DNA of 64,000 bases from the human T2T-CHM13v2.0 reference genome, Homo sapiens. The notes below the pieces were generated by a model, which was not told the DNA's origin, did not search any database, and was given only the letters and a program-made list of their open reading frames with translations. Positions within the stretch are counted from its first letter, which is position 1. Each line of letters begins with the position of its first letter. The stretch lies in assembly GCF_009914755.1 (NCBI RefSeq), contig NC_060935.1; one strand, given 5' to 3'. Position numbers and translations under genes: made by a program. Shown here in pieces: positions 1 through 16,176 of the stretch.

Positions 1-258
1 TTTGCTCCTCCCAATTTGCAGATGAGAAAACTGACCCAGAAGGTTAAATAAATGCCCTGAAGTGCTGTTGGAGGTGGCAGTGAAGACACTTTAACTTAGG
101 TCTTTGAGCTGCTCTGAGCCTGGTGCTCTTGTCATTAGTTTAGTGTTTCTTAACAAAAATCTACCTGAATTCTAGAGTCTGGCGTATTTGATATTAACTG
201 TACATATTGATTAGGCATTAATTTTACCACTATCTTCACTGCACTAGAATCATCATCA

Positions 259-645
<387 letters not shown>

Positions 646-1334
646 TCATCATTCTGCCAATTAGGAAATCCCCAAAAAGTGTGCCCCTCCTCAACTGCAT
701 CCCTTTCAGAATAACCACTATCTTGAATTCTGGGTTTATCATTCTCACACATTTCTCTTTATTTTTACTTCACACCAATCTATTTCTAAGCAACATAATA
801 CCGTGCTTTTCATACATTAAAATTTTATATAAATAGCATCATGCAAAATGTATTTGCTTTTTGCACTCAATATTATGTTTATGAATTTCACTCATGTTGA
901 CATCTTTAGCTCTATTTCATTCATTTCTCACAGTATTTAAAATTTTTATCCTAAGAGCTATGTTTTAAGATGTTTTATGTTTCCATGAGTCTGGCATCAT
1001 GCAATGATTAACTCCAATACCTTTCTGAACAATCTACCCAGAACAGAGCTGAAAGATAAAACATGTTAGTACACATTGAGGTTTTTTAGTTACAGGAGAG
1101 CTACCTCTCAGGCCCTCAGAACCCAACACCTACTGACTCGACAATCCCACTTCTAAGAATCTAGCTAAATCCTAGCTCAAGCTGCTAAAGGTGTGTATTT
1201 ATGTTCACTGCAGCACTGTTTAGAAGAGTAAAAATAACCACAAATGGGGGCATGGCTAAGGAAAAATTACGGTATATCCCTACTATGTAACACAGTGCAA
1301 ACATGCAAATGAATGAGATACAGCTATACATACT

Positions 1335-1808
1335 GTGGTGGTTTTAAAATATGCCCATAAATTCTTTGATAAGCCCCCCTTCAAAAAGTGAAGCCTCATT
1401 CCACTTCTCTTGTGGGTGGACCTAACCAGACTCTCTTCTGAGAACAGGGCAGAATGAAATGATGCTATACGACTTCTGAGGCTAGGTCATAATAAGGATA
1501 GCTCCCTCCCAGCTCCCTTTAAAGTCCACTCCCTTTTAGGGAAGCCTGGCATGATGCTGTGAAGATACTCAGGCAGCCCTATGGGGAACCTCATATAGAG
1601 AACTGAGGCTGTCTGCCAATAGCCAGCCATGTGAGCAAGCCACACTGGAAGAAAATTCTCTATCCCCAGTTAAGCCTTCATGACTGCAACCTCAGATCTG
1701 ACCCCAGCTAAGCTACTTCTAAACTCCTGACACATAGGAACCATGAGATAATAAGCGTAGTTTTAAACCACTTAGTTCTGGGGTTCTGCTATGTATCAAT
1801 AGATAACC
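1335..1808 (+). mobile_element. MLT1-family MaLR LTR
   Basis: TGTGGTGGTTTTAAAATATGCCCATAAATTCTTTGATA start and ...CAATAGATAACC end resemble MLT1; sits within old L1M 3'-UTR remnants. Confidence 0.65.
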
Positions 1809-2402
1809 AAAAATGTATTAACACAAAAAATCAGTAATTCATAGTTCAGTCAAAAAAGCAAGTTGTACAATATTATGTGTATGCCTTTTTTGTACAGTCA
1901 CACCAGCTAACAGTGATTATTTCTAGGGAGGTATTGGGAAGACAAAGGGAGGGAGGAACGCATACTTATTTTTTTATACACTTTTGCATTACTTAAAATA
2001 TTAAGTGCGTGCATTATTAACTCCTACAATTTTTAAAAGGCTATCAAGATTTTAAAAAATATATAAAAGTTTTAAACAAATTCAGATTTTTTTAAAAAAA
2101 TCATCTCCTGTAAAAGAAAAGAACAAAATGACTTTAATTTTAGACACACTGCTAACAAGTTCTATTATGTGGTTTCCTAGTTGACTGCTGATTAAAAGCA
2201 GCAAATTGAGGGAGGAGTGGGCTATTAGAGGGAGGCATAATGCCAATACAAAGACACAACAGTTGAGTCTGTCACCAAAAAGGAGACAAAAGCTAATATA
2301 AGCCATCTGAAGCCACTCAAGTGTAGGAACAAAGACCCCTACGTATTTATAAAGAAACCTCTGAGCATGTAACTGTCTCACAAGACTATGATTATAAAAA
2401 CA

Positions 2403-2466
2403 GTATTTATAAAGCAGTGAATACTTTATCATGTATTTATAAAGCAGTGAATACTTTATCAAGTAT
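2403..2466. repeat. 30-bp tandem duplication
   Basis: GTATTTATAAAGCAGTGAATACTTTATCA occurs twice with a 30-bp period. Confidence 0.9.
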
Positions 2467-2525
2467 TCCATATACTTTATAGAAGTACACTTACTGCCAT
2501 TTTACAGATTTGAAAATAAACTCAG

Positions 2526-2872
<347 letters not shown>

Positions 2873-3684
2873 CTAAGAGTTCAAATTTGATTTATATAGA
2901 TAAGACTATTTACCTGGCACAGAAAAGGGAGCGGGTCAAAGCTTGTAGATATGGGTCCTCAAGCCACTACAGCCAGAATGAATGTTCCCTCCAGAACACC
3001 CAATGCTGTACTGATTGCATGCTCACTGAGCAAGTTTTTCAGAAGCACACTCTTGGTCAAAGACAAAAATATGTTTTTATTTGGTGTTTCCAGGAAACAC
3101 TAGAGGCAGAAAACCTGTTTGTTGAAAATACAGAAGCAAGAATGAAGAATATCCTAATTTGTATCCATTTCTATTCTCAAGATGATAGCATATGTGTCTA
3201 ATATCTGTCAATCAAATACTTGTGATCTCCAAGCAGCACCCAGGAATATCAGAAAGAAACAGAGGCTTTTACGCCAACCAGTTCTGTGCTGAAATTGTGG
3301 CACAGTCATCTTCTGTGTAGCTCTTTTTTCATCTCTAAAATAGCTAAAATAACACTTAACTCATATGGTTATTGTATGGAATGTAAGAACAAGGATGAAA
3401 CACCTTGAACAACAACGCTTGGCAACAGCATCATGCTCAACAGATGGTTACGGTCCACTGTTATGAACACGAGCAGTATCATTTTATAACAGGTTATGTG
3501 CAAATAATAAAGATGGTTGGCTTGGACCTTCTTTTGAGCATAGACCCATTTCCTTCCCCCTCACCACTGTTCATGTTGTGTCCTCCAATGATACTGATAA
3601 AAAGCATTGTCTGTTTTTCGTTTGTCCATCTATCAATGCCACATCCACTCAGACCTAGGTCAAGCACTGTTTCCTCCAGGATTG

Positions 3685-3993
3685 TTTTTTTTTTTTTCTT
3701 TTTTCTTTTTTTTTTTTTTTTTGAGGCAAGGTCTCACTCTGTTGCCCAGGCTAGAAGTGCAGTGGCATGGTTGCAGCTCACTGTAGCCTCAACCTCCCAG
3801 GCTCAGTTGATCCTCCCACTTCACCCACCCGAGAAGCTGAGGCTACAGGCATGTGCCACCACACCTAGCTAATTTTTGTATTTTTTGTGGAGACAGGTTT
3901 CCCCATGTTGTGCAGGCTGGTCTTAACTCCTGGAGTCAAGCAATCTGCCTCCCAAAGAGCTGGAATTACAGGCATGAGCCATTGTGCCCGGCC
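3685..3993 (-). mobile_element. Alu (AluJ-like)
   Basis: Poly-T followed by GAGGCAAGGTCTCACTCTG...GCCCGGCC. Confidence 0.9.
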
Positions 3994-4399
3994 CTCGAGA
4001 TTTTCCTAACTGAAAGTAAGCTCTCCCTCTTCTGAGTGCTCACTTACATTATCTGCACCTTTATTATTGTACTTAGCATACTGGCCTTTTACTATAGTTA
4101 TTTTTGTTCTTATTAACTTTCCAATTAAATTTTAAGCACCTCATGGTGATATTTATGTCATGTCTCTGTAGCTCCCCCAGTACCTGGCACAGTGCCCAAC
4201 ACATAGAATGTACAAATGAACATTTGTTGAGTGGCTATAATGAAATATCAGTCTTAGGTAACAGAATTTCCTCTAAATATCAAAAGGAAGGTCAGCTGGA
4301 TTTTGGCAGCTTTGCTTTTGAGTCTAAATAACCATAGTATCCTATCAGAACTCTTGACTTTGCCATTCCTGACCACTGTGTTTAGATCGTTCTTAACAA

Positions 4400-4500
4400 T
4401 AATAACAGTTAACACATCCATAGCACTTATGTGCCAGGCACTGTTCTGAATGCTTACCTACATTAACTCATTTAATCCTCACAACAACTTTAGGAAGCAG
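4400..4500. mobile_element. MIR fragment
   Basis: AGCACTTATGTGCCAGGCACTGTTCT...CATTTAATCCTCACAACAAC is MIR core-like. Confidence 0.7.
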
Positions 4501-4981
4501 TAATAGAAGGGAGCCGATGCAGACAGCACTTTTACGCCCGCATCACAATTCATTTCCCTCTATATTTATTATCTTTTTTTTTTTTTTTAAGTGATGGTGT
4601 CTCGCTCTGTCTCCCAGCCTGGAGTAGATGTGGGTCCTCAAGGAGAACTGCTTTGAGCTAACTAGTAGACTTACAAAGTGCTCATCGTAAAAGATTTTAC
4701 AAACAAAACAAAAAGCTTAAAACCCTTGAGTGGAAAGTTATCTAAGAGCAATTTCTTTACAATAATTTTCCCTGCTTAAAGAGGCTGCTATGTAAGTTTT
4801 AGCTACTGCAAAGAAGTTAGAAAAATTACCTTTGACTTCAAAAAGTTTACAACCAAGTAAGGTATGCAAAGATCTTTGGTGTCCCTTTGTTGCTGCTGTT
4901 TAACAATGAAAGCAAATTTACTTACTAGAAGACAAAGATACAGATTGAATAAACTCATGGCTTAATGTTTTTAAAGTAGTT

Positions 4982-4999
4982 CCCCCCCCCCCCCCCCCC
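4982..4999. repeat. poly-C run (C18; G18 on the TMEM123 sense strand)
   Basis: Directly visible homopolymer. Confidence 0.95.
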
Positions 5000-5497
5000 A
5001 TTTATTGCTCAAAATCCACAACTGGCTATTCAGTTGATAAAAAGTTTTGTGTCTGGGTATATATATCAGTTATTTGAAGTTCTATAGTTGGGATATTGCC
5101 AAACCAAATTGAAGTTTTCTAACTATAAATGTATTACTGTCTATTACAGGAGAGAACTCTGAGATTAAGTTGCAGGGTTTTTTGTTTTGCGGGTTTTTTT
5201 TTTTTTGCTGGTTCTCTTTTTCACAATCTAGTCTGTGGCTGGAACACACTATACATATCTTTATCCTCCATATCTAGCTAGCTCACTGACAAACATTGTT
5301 GTTCAAACACAGTTGGCTTTTGTTTAGTTTCTTAAACAATACATGCCTTTTAATATCAAATGGCACCATGCAATCCTACCACACTTACATGAACTCAATC
5401 AGTCTTCAGTCTTAACTTGTTCCTTGAGCTTTTTGTTGACTGAATTTCACAAAAGAGGACCCAGGTCTCTGCTGAAGTAGCACATGCCCAAGGACTA

Positions 5498-5980
<483 letters not shown>

Positions 5981-6343
5981 TTCTACAGAAATAGAATGAA
6001 AATGTAAACATTCTACCAGTTCATTTAGGAAGACAAAGAATATTTACTCTGAGATTCAGAAAAGAATATACATATCTTATAAAAATTATCACAATAATCT
6101 TCTGGCAAGACACTCTTCCTCAATGAGGATATAAACTTGCTGGAAGGAAAAATGAGATGCTGATAAAAAAAAGTGATTTAACCAGGCCATGCATGGAGTC
6201 TAGAGAGGTCTGAATTGTCCCTTCCTCACCCTTCCTGGGAGTGTGAGTCTATCGTTATTTACTATTAGCTAAGAAGAAAAAAACAAGAGTACATTAATTT
6301 AAAAGGTTTTTCTTAGTTTAGGATGTTGATATTTCAGATCTAA

Positions 6344-6775
<432 letters not shown>

Positions 6776-9304
6776 TAGATTACTTTATCCCATATCACAA
6801 ATTAAATGGCCATCTGGACAATTACTTTATAAAGCTAACTGAAAAAGATATTCTGAGATCCTCAGGAAATGATCCATCTCCAATTTAAGTGGTACATTTT
6901 TGCTGCAGCTCATCAAGAATAGGCTATAACTCTGACAAGAGCAGATGTTTCTGAAGAGAAAGGAGACTAGTAACTACTGGCCACCAAGTCTGGCCAGGGA
7001 AAATCATTACCACTGACTGTGGCTATGTGGCCAGTAGAATGAACATCTGTTCTTTTTTCCCTGCCCAGCTCCTGTTCCACTCTTCCTTCAGGCAAACACC
7101 CTTCGCTCACCCCCTGGGGTCTGGAGGGACTACGAGTGGGTAGGCACGAGATTCAAACCAGGTCAATCAGCCTCTCGCAGGAGTCTGAAATGTGAGTAGA
7201 ATACACCAGGATGGACAACAGTTAACACAGTCATTTTGATGGCAGCCTCCTCAGGAGATTTGTTAATTCCTGTCCCTGAAATCCCTAGCCACACTAGATC
7301 TAGTTCAGTTTTCTTCTTTAGGTTTTGTGAATGTTGGACAGCAGGTGTCCAACAAGTCCTTGTTTATCTAAGTTAGTTATAGAAAATTTCTACTGCTTGC
7401 AACCAAATGATTTTAACAATATGAAATTTAAATCTGGGATGATGTCTACTTTCTTCCTGCTCTTTTCTCTTCTTCATAATCACGCTTACGGTTCCTCTTC
7501 AGTTTTTTTCCTCCTTTACAACAGAATGCACTTTTCAACTCATGTCAGCAAAAACATTACATGAGACTACTGAAAGGCAAGTTTTGGCGTACAAAATGAA
7601 GTTTCTAAAATGAGACTTTCCTCTTTGAGAAGGTCTTTGGCACTCTGCTAACCTTTGACTCTTGCCTTGAGAAAACATTTCCTTACAATTAACAAACATA
7701 AAAGCATGAATGCCTGTGTGTGTGCTGCAATGTGACTCTACTTACACCAAACCAACAAGACTATTTTCAGTGCAAAAGTAAACTCCTGACAATCATAGCA
7801 TTCTACCAAGCAAATGTTTGACATCTTATACATAGCATCTTGTACTGTAAACTATTATAGGCTTCAGATGTAGCCAGACTCACTGCAATCAAATCCAAAC
7901 TCCCTGAGGGACTTCAGCAACACTGCTCCACCATCACTAAAGCCTCACAACACCGCTTTCCTGTGTCACTTTTATTACCCTCTTTTATGTCAGCAGAAGC
8001 ACAGATGCTCCTGCCTTGCCAAAAGCCACAGGGCCTGAACAACCCGAGCATCTCCAGAAGCAGCCTGTGCGATGGGAGCACCACACAGCAGGAAGACTGG
8101 TGGCAAGCATGGCCCTTCGTAGGGGCAGAGGCCTCTCTGATCTTCCAAATTGCTCTGTCCATCCCCTTCCCCATGCCACCTCTCCCAGCCAGCATGAGTA
8201 CCTTTTCTGGATGGGCTTCATCTTTATGGAAACAAAGAGGCAAAGAACAGAGTTGCCCGGGACCACAGAATACAACTGTGGCAATTCTCCCCTGTTAAGT
8301 GAGAAGACCAGAGTGCAGGTGGTGATTTGTTTTGACCAAGGGGCTCCATCTCACAACTAAGGCTGGTATAGCAAGCAAAAAACTCAAAAACTGGTTTACT
8401 CCTCCCATAGCATTCGCATATCCTTTACTGTTTCAACAAAAACAGCACTGGGTGCTGGGAAGGTGGTGGTGAGTAAAATCAGCCTTCCCCCTGAAGGAGC
8501 TGACTTTCTAGTTGGGGAGGCAGAGTGAGATGAAGCATCACATTACATTACTATAAGCCAGTAAACCACAAACTCCTCTGAAGGCTGGTATCCCAGTTAT
8601 AAGCCTAGAGGTCTAGGACTGGACCTGAGGAAACAAGCTTGAGCAATCTAAAGGCTGAAAGGGTAACTGGTAGCCAGAAAAAGGCAAAGATGAAAGGAAG
8701 AGCTCTTCAGGTAGTGAGAACAGAACATGCAAAGGTCTCATGGCAGAGAGGGCAGAGAAAGGAGGAACCAAAAAGGTAAGTGTGGCCACAGAGCTAGGAA
8801 AAACACGTTTATTTAGGTCCTGGTTTTGTGCCAGGTGCTTTACATGTTACCTCATTTAACCCATGAGATGGCTATACTCTCTTAGCCGCATGAGACAGCC
8901 ATCTTTCTATAATCAGCTCTATTTCATAGCAGGAAGTGAGAAGGCAGAGATTAAGTAGCTTGCCCAAATTCAATTAACAGCAAAGCAATTTTTCTCTTTG
9001 TATCTTCCCCAAAATACAACATAATACACATACTGGGTGGGGATGACATGGGGGAGGGACCACTAAACTAGTGAACCAAATTCAATGTGGGGTGAAAAAA
9101 GTAGTCAAACCAATTCTTACTGAACAGTCAGGTAATAGACTAAAAAAGTCATCACTTTTCAACTAGTTGTTTTCATGTCATGAAGATATAACCATAATGA
9201 AATGTTTTGTAGGAGAGGGTCAGTTCCCATTTTAGGAAACTGTGCTTATGTCATTGGATTAAAAAAGAAAAACTAAAAATAGTCGGTGGGATACTTAAAA
9301 AAAA

Positions 9305-12300
9305 ACTGTATTTATGGTGTACAACATGATATTTTGATATATGTACACAATGTGGAATCGCTAAATAAATATAGGCATTACCTCACATACTTATCTTTGT
9401 AAACTGACAAATTACAGCTGTATAAATTTATAGGTATAAAGTGATGTTATGATTTATGAATACATGTAGAATAATTTAATCATGCTAATTAACATATCCA
9501 TCACCTCAAATACTTATTTTTGTGGTGAGAACATTGAAATTTTACTCAGCGATTTTGGAAGGTACCATACACGATAAACTATATTCACTATGCTGTGCAA
9601 TAGAACTAGAAAAAAGAAAGTTTTCCTCTTCTCTGAGGCTCTGTATCCTTTAACCATCATCTCCCCTTTTTCCCCACCCTGCAGCTTCTGGGAACCACCA
9701 TTCTACTCTCTGCAGTTCCATCCATGTTGTCTCAAATGACAGAATTTGCACATTTGCTTTTTTAAAGCTGAATAGTATTCCATTGTGTGTATATGTATCA
9801 CATGTGCTTTATCCATTCATCTGCTGATAAACAGTTAGGTTGATTCTACAACTTGGTGATATGGGCTGGCTGTGTCCCCACCCAAATCTCATCTTGAATT
9901 GTAATCCCCATGTGTCATGGCAGTGACCCGGTGGTAGGTAACTGAATCATGGGGGCAGTTTCCCCCATGCTGTTCCCATGATAGTGAGTGAGTTCTCAGG
10001 AGATCTGATGGTTTTTTAAGCGTCTGGCATCTCCCTGCTGGCACTTTCTCTCTCCTGCCACCCTGTGAAGAGGCGCCTTCTGCCATGATTGTGAGTTTCC
10101 TGAAGCCTTCCCTAGCCATGTGGAACTGAGTCAATTAAACCTCTTTTCTTTATAAATTAATCCATCTTGGGTATTTCTTCAAAGCAGTGTAAGAACAGAT
10201 TAATCTAGTACATTGGTACTGGGAGTGGGGTGCTACTCTAAGGATAGCTGAAAATGTGGAAGCGACTTTGGCACTGGTTAACAGGCAGAGGTTTAAACAG
10301 TTTGGAGGACTTAGAAGAAGACAGGGAAATGTGGGAAAGTTTGGAACTTCCTAGAGACTTGGAGGGCTCAGAAGACAAAAAGATGTGGGAAAGTTTGGAA
10401 CTTCCTAGAGACTTGTTGAACGGCTTTGACCAAAATGCTGATAGTGATATGGACAATGAAGTCCAGGCTGAGGTGGTCTCAGATGCAGATTTGAGGAACC
10501 TGTTGAGAACTGGAGTAAAGGTCACTCTTGCTATGCTTTAGCAAAGAGATTGGTGGCATTTTGCCCCTGCCCTAGAGATCTGTGGAACTAGAACTCGAGA
10601 GACACGATTTAGGGTACCTGGCAGAAGAAATTTCTAAGCAGCAAAGCATTCAAGAGGTAGCAGAGCGTAAGAGTTTGGAAAATATGTAGCCTGATGATGT
10701 GACAGAAAAGAAAACCCATTCTCTGAGGAGAAATTCAAGCCGGCTGCAGGAATTTGCATAAGTAACAAGGAGCCAAATGTTAACCACCAAAAGACAATGG
10801 GGAAAATGTCTCCAGGGCATGTCAGATACCTTCACAGCAGCCCCTCCCATCACAGGCCTGGAGGCCTAGGAGGGAAAAATGGTTTCCTGGGCCAGGCCCA
10901 GGGGCCCCCTGCTCTATGCAGCCTGGGGACATAGTGCCCTGCGTCTCAGCTGCTTCAGCTCCAGCCATGGCTAAAAGGGGTCAAAGTACAGCTCAGGCCA
11001 TTGCTTCAGAGGGTGCAAGCCCCAGGCCTTGGTGGTTTCCATGTAGTGTTGAGCCTGTGGGTGCACAGAAGTCAAGAATTGAGGTTTGGGAACCTCTGAC
11101 TGGATTTCAGAGAATGTATGGAAATGCCTGGAAGTCCAGGCAGAAGTTTGCTGCAGGTGTGGAGGCCTCATGGAGAAACTCTGCTAGGGCAGTGCAGAAG
11201 GGAAATGTGGGGCTGGAGCCCTCACACAGGGTCCCCACTGGGGCACTGCCTAGTGGAGCTGTGAGAAGAGGGCCACTGTCCTCCAGCCCCCAGAATGGTA
11301 GACCCATCAACAGCTTGCACTGTGTCTGGAAAAGCCACAGACACTCAACGCCAGCTAGTGACAGCATCTGGGAAGGGGGCTGTACTCTGCAAAGCCACAG
11401 GGGTGGAGCTGCTCAAGGACATGGGAGCCCACCTCTTGCATCAGCACGATCTGGATATGAGACAGAGTCATAGGAAATCATTTTGGAACTTTAAGGTTTA
11501 ATGACTGCCCTACTGGATTTCAGACTTGCATGGGGCCTGCAGCTCCTTTGTTCTGGCCAATTTATCCCATTTGGAACAGGTGTATTTACCCAATGCCTGT
11601 ACTCCCATTGTATCTAGGAAGTAACTAACTTGCTTTTGATTTTACAGGCTCATAGGTGGAAGGGACTTGCCTTATCTCAGTTGAGATTTTGGACTTTTGG
11701 GTTAATGCTGGAATGAGTTAAGACTTTGGAAGACTGTTGGGAAGGCATCAAGTCTGAGGGCATGAGATTTGGGAGGGGCCAGTGGTAAAATTATATGGTT
11801 TGGCTATGTCCCCACTCAAATTTCATCTTGAATTGTAATCTCCATAATCCCCAAGTGTCATGGCAGCGAGCTGGTGGGAGGTAACTGAATCATAGGGGTG
11901 GTTTCCCCTACGCTGTTCTCGTGACAGTTTTTCATGAGATCTGATGGTTTTATAAGTGTCTGGCATTTCCCCTGCTGGCACTCATTCTCTCTCCTGCCAC
12001 CCTATGAAGAGGTGCCTTCTGCCATGATTATAAGTTTCCTGAGGCCTCCCTAGCCATGTGGAACTGTGACTCAATTAAACCTCTTTTCCTTATAAATTAT
12101 CCAGTCTCCAATATTTCTTTATAGCAGCGAGAACAGATAAATACACTTGGCTATTGTGAATAGTGCTGTAATGAACATGGGAGTGCAGGCATCTTTTTGA
12201 CATACTGATTTCCAGTCTTTTGTATAAATACCCAGAAGTGGGATTGCTGGATCACATGGTAATTCTATTTTTAATTTTTTGAGGAACTTCCATATTGTTT

Positions 12301-13030
12301 TCCATAATGGCTGTACTAATTTACATTCTCACCAACAGTGTACAAGGGTCCCCCTTGTCCACATCATCACCAACATTTGTTATCTTTTGTCTTTTTGAGA
12401 ATAGCCATTCTCATAGGTGTGAGAAGACATTTCATTGTGGTTTTAATTTGCATTTCCCTAATGATTCTTAATATTCAGCAATTTCTCATGTAACTATTGG
12501 CTATCTGTATGTCTTCTTTTGAGAAATGTCTGTCTATTCAGGTTCCTTGCCCATTTTTAAATTGGATTATTTATTTTCTTTCTATAGAGTTGAGTTCTTA
12601 ATATATTTTAATACTAACCCTTTAACAAATAAATGGCTTACAAATATTTTCTCCCAATCTGTATGATGTCTCTTCATTCTGTTGTTTCCTTTTTATGCAG
12701 AAGCTTTTCAGTTTGATGTAATCTTGTCTATTTTTGTTTTTGTTGCCTGTGCTTTTGGGGCCAAATCTAAAATATCATTGCCCAGACCAATGTTGTGTAG
12801 TTTTTCCTATTTTTTTCTAGTAGTTTTACAACTTCAGGATTCATGTTAAATCTTTAACTCATTTTGAGTTGATTTTTCCATATGGAAATCATGTGGTCTG
12901 ATATCAGGGTGCTATTTCATTCTTCTGCATGTGGATAACCAGTTTTCCAAACATAATTCATTAAAGAGACTATCCTTTTCCCATTGTGTATTCTTGCACT
13001 TTTGTCTGAAATCAACTGGCCATCAATGTG
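9305..13030 (-). mobile_element. Old L1 (L1MA-type) 3' region, interrupted by THE1
   Basis: Antisense L1 3'-UTR/ORF2-end motifs (GCTGAATAGTATTCCATTGTGT; CTTGGCTATTGTGAATAGTGCTG rejoins across the THE1 insertion). Confidence 0.85.
9857..12145 (+). mobile_element. Complete THE1 (THE1C/D-like) MaLR element: 5' LTR 9857-~10207, internal region, 3' LTR 11791-12145
   Basis: Two similar ~350-bp LTRs beginning T(G/T)ATATGG; THE1-int between them; 5-bp TSD CTTGG at 9852-9856 and 12146-12150. Confidence 0.93.
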
Positions 13031-13183
13031 TGATGGGAACTCTTAAAATCTACTCTCTTAACAATTTTCAAGTATACAACATATTGTGAGCTATAGTCAC
13101 CACAATATACAATAGCTTTGTGGTGGAAGTACATTGAATAATTATTTAAAAATATATACTTTGCTTCCAGAATTTCTACAACG

Positions 13184-13320
13184 GGCTGGGCACAGTGGCT
13201 CACACCTGTAATCCCAGCACATTGGGAGGCCAAGGCAGAAGGATTGCTTGAGCCCAGAAGTTTGAGACCAGCTTGGGCGACAAAGCAAGATTCCATCTCT
13301 ATAAAAATAAATAAATAATT
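13184..13320 (+). mobile_element. Alu monomer (FLAM-like)
   Basis: Single left-type monomer with A-rich tail. Confidence 0.85.
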
Positions 13321-13369
13321 TTCCACTAGAACCTGTATTATCTTTATAATCACAAAAAATAACAGACAC

Positions 13370-14210
13370 AGACAAGCTAACAAAAAGACAACTCAATTTA
13401 AAAAATGGCAAAGGACTTGGATAAACATTTCTTCACAGAAAATATACAAATGACCAATAATCACATGAAAAAATGTTCAACTCATTAGTTATCAAGGAAA
13501 TGCAAATCAAAAACACATCACATGCACATTAGGTTAGATACAACGAAAAAACCGTACAACAACAAGGACTGGTGAGGATATGAAGAAAATAAAACCCTTA
13601 TACACTGCTGGTGTGTATCTAAAATGGTGTAGCTACTTTGGAAAACAGTTTGGCAGTTCATTAAACAAAGTTACCATATGACCTAGCAATTCTACTCCTA
13701 GGTATATTCCCAGTAAAAATGAAAATATATGTCCACGCAAAAGTGTTTACACAAATATTCATAGAAGCACTATTCATAATATCAAAAGGTGGAACCAACT
13801 CCAATGTCCATCAACAGATGAATGGATAAACCATATGTGACATACCCATAGCGTGAATTGTGTGGCCATAAAAGAGAATGAAGTATGGAAATAAGACAGT
13901 CACAAAAGACTACACACTACATGATTCCATTCATATGAAAGTCCAGAACGGGAAAATGAAAGTAGATTTGTGGTTGCTTAGGGCTGGTGGGGGAACAGCA
14001 GGTAGGATAAGGGGGTGATAAATAAAGAGCACAGGGTTTCTTTTTGAGGTGATGAAACTGTTCGAAACTTGACTGTGGTGATGGTTAAACATACCTGTGA
14101 ATATACTAAAAATCACTGGACTGTACACTTGAAATGGGGTGTGTGATTATATAAATTTAATTACATGGTATGTGAATTACATCTCAGTGAAGGTATTTAA
14201 AAAAAAATGC
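13370..14210 (+). mobile_element. Old L1M (L1MB-like) 3' end
   Basis: TTACCATATGACCTAGCAATTC, TGTCCATCAACAGATGAATGGATAAA, ending in an A-rich tail. Confidence 0.8.
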
Positions 14211-14262
14211 ATGAAGTTTCCTTAACAAAAAGACAAAACGAAGAAACCAAAAGCCATTATGA

Positions 14263-14604
<342 letters not shown>

Positions 14605-15421
14605 TAAATAAATGTAATTCAAAGCCAAGAAGACTGGTGCATGAATTACTTCACTAATAAGATTGTAAACAAAATTATGTATTTAAAAAACACGGACACA
14701 CAAAGAGATGAAGAGCCATGCAGTTAACGTTCAGTACCAATTATTGTTTAACTCTACTTACTGCTTAACTCAAAGTTTCTTCCTAAGAACTTCATACATC
14801 TGGGAAAAATTATTCGTGAGAAATCTTTGTGTTACTCAACATGATGGGGTAAGTCATCAATTTTAGTCTGAAAGAAGGAAGTCATGGGAATCTAGAGCAA
14901 GCCTGCCTGCTCTCTGTGAAAAAGGAGTATTTAATGCAAAAGAAAGACAATAAAAAAGAATGTCAAGTATTAAATGCCAATTGAATTCATTCTCCTATTC
15001 ACACTAGAATTTAGACTGAACCCACTGTGAGCCAGATGGCTGCATTATGGAAAAACAACAGGAACCCAGAGTTTGGTAGTTGATTTTTCTGGCCTAGGTC
15101 TACTTTTTTTGGCCTATGTTTTATGTTCTACACCATCTTTTGTTTTTCCTGTTCTTGAAAAGGAAAAAAACCAAATATTTTAAAAATGCCCCCAAGTTTT
15201 GTTTTCCTGTTAGTTTTGTTGCTGTTGTGCACTTCGTTTTTGGGATTTTTGTGTGCTTTTTCAGTTTGTGTACTTTCCCTCACTGTTTATCTCTTCTAAC
15301 ACCCATTCATCATGACTTCTCCCTACTCCCACCATCCCACAGGCAAATTCAGTGTTTCCTGGGTTTTCCCAGAATTTACATGACAGGCTGGTTACTCAGC
15401 CCAGCCCCATCTCTTTAACCC

Positions 15422-15602
15422 TTAAAATACAAAAATTAGCTGGGTGCGGTGGCACACACCAGTAATCTCAGCTACTTGGGAGGCTGAGGCAGGAGACTGC
15501 TTGAACCCAGAAGGCGGAGGTTTCAGTGAGTTGAGATCGAGCCACTGTACTCCAGCCTGGGTGACAGAATGAGACTCTATCTCAAAAAAAAAAAAAAAAA
15601 AA
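15422..15602 (+). mobile_element. Alu right arm
   Basis: AAAATACAAAAATTAGCTGGG...poly-A; no left arm. Confidence 0.9.
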
Positions 15603-16176
15603 TTTTTTTACGTTTAAAATGTTAAATGTTCCCTTTCATAGTTCACATCGCAATAAAGAATAGCAGTAGTCCTTAATCTGAATTGGAAGCATTTAATTTG
15701 GGTCCTATTTACAACTTTAAGAATGGAGGCATACTTCAGGAAAGAAAGCACCAGTGCAGTTCCAATTTATTATTGTATCTGCTGTCTTGAGAGTACAGGG
15801 TGTATGAGAGTGCACAGTGGTTTAGAATCACTATGGAATTTAAAAAGACCCAGAGACATTAACAAGAATCCACATTCTAAGTCGTCAGAATCCACATTTC
15901 TGACCTTGTCTGCTGGGGCCTGCTCTGTTTTTGATGGCTCAAAATATAATTCTTTTATTGAAATACATGTTCCTCATCCTGTTTCAGGGCTTCTGCCTGG
16001 AATGTTCCTCCCCCTAGCATTTGTAGGGCTGGCTCCTTCCTGTCATGCAGGTCTCAGCTCAGATGACCCCATCTCAGAGAGGGCTTCCCTGACCAACCAA
16101 TCTACAGCCCTTCCTAGTCACTTTTTTCCACATCACCCTCTTTATGCATGGAGGCAGATAGGTGTTTTACCCTGTT

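Noticed and set aside
7914-8360. Overlapping ORFs on both strands in a GC-richer patch
   Set aside because: No similarity to a protein I recognise, and no splice or retrocopy hallmarks.
10315-10415. ~50-bp tandem duplication in THE1-int (MWESLELPRDL twice)
   Set aside because: As I recall, this duplication occurs in some THE1-int subfamily sequences, so it is probably inherited and not locus-specific; not verified.
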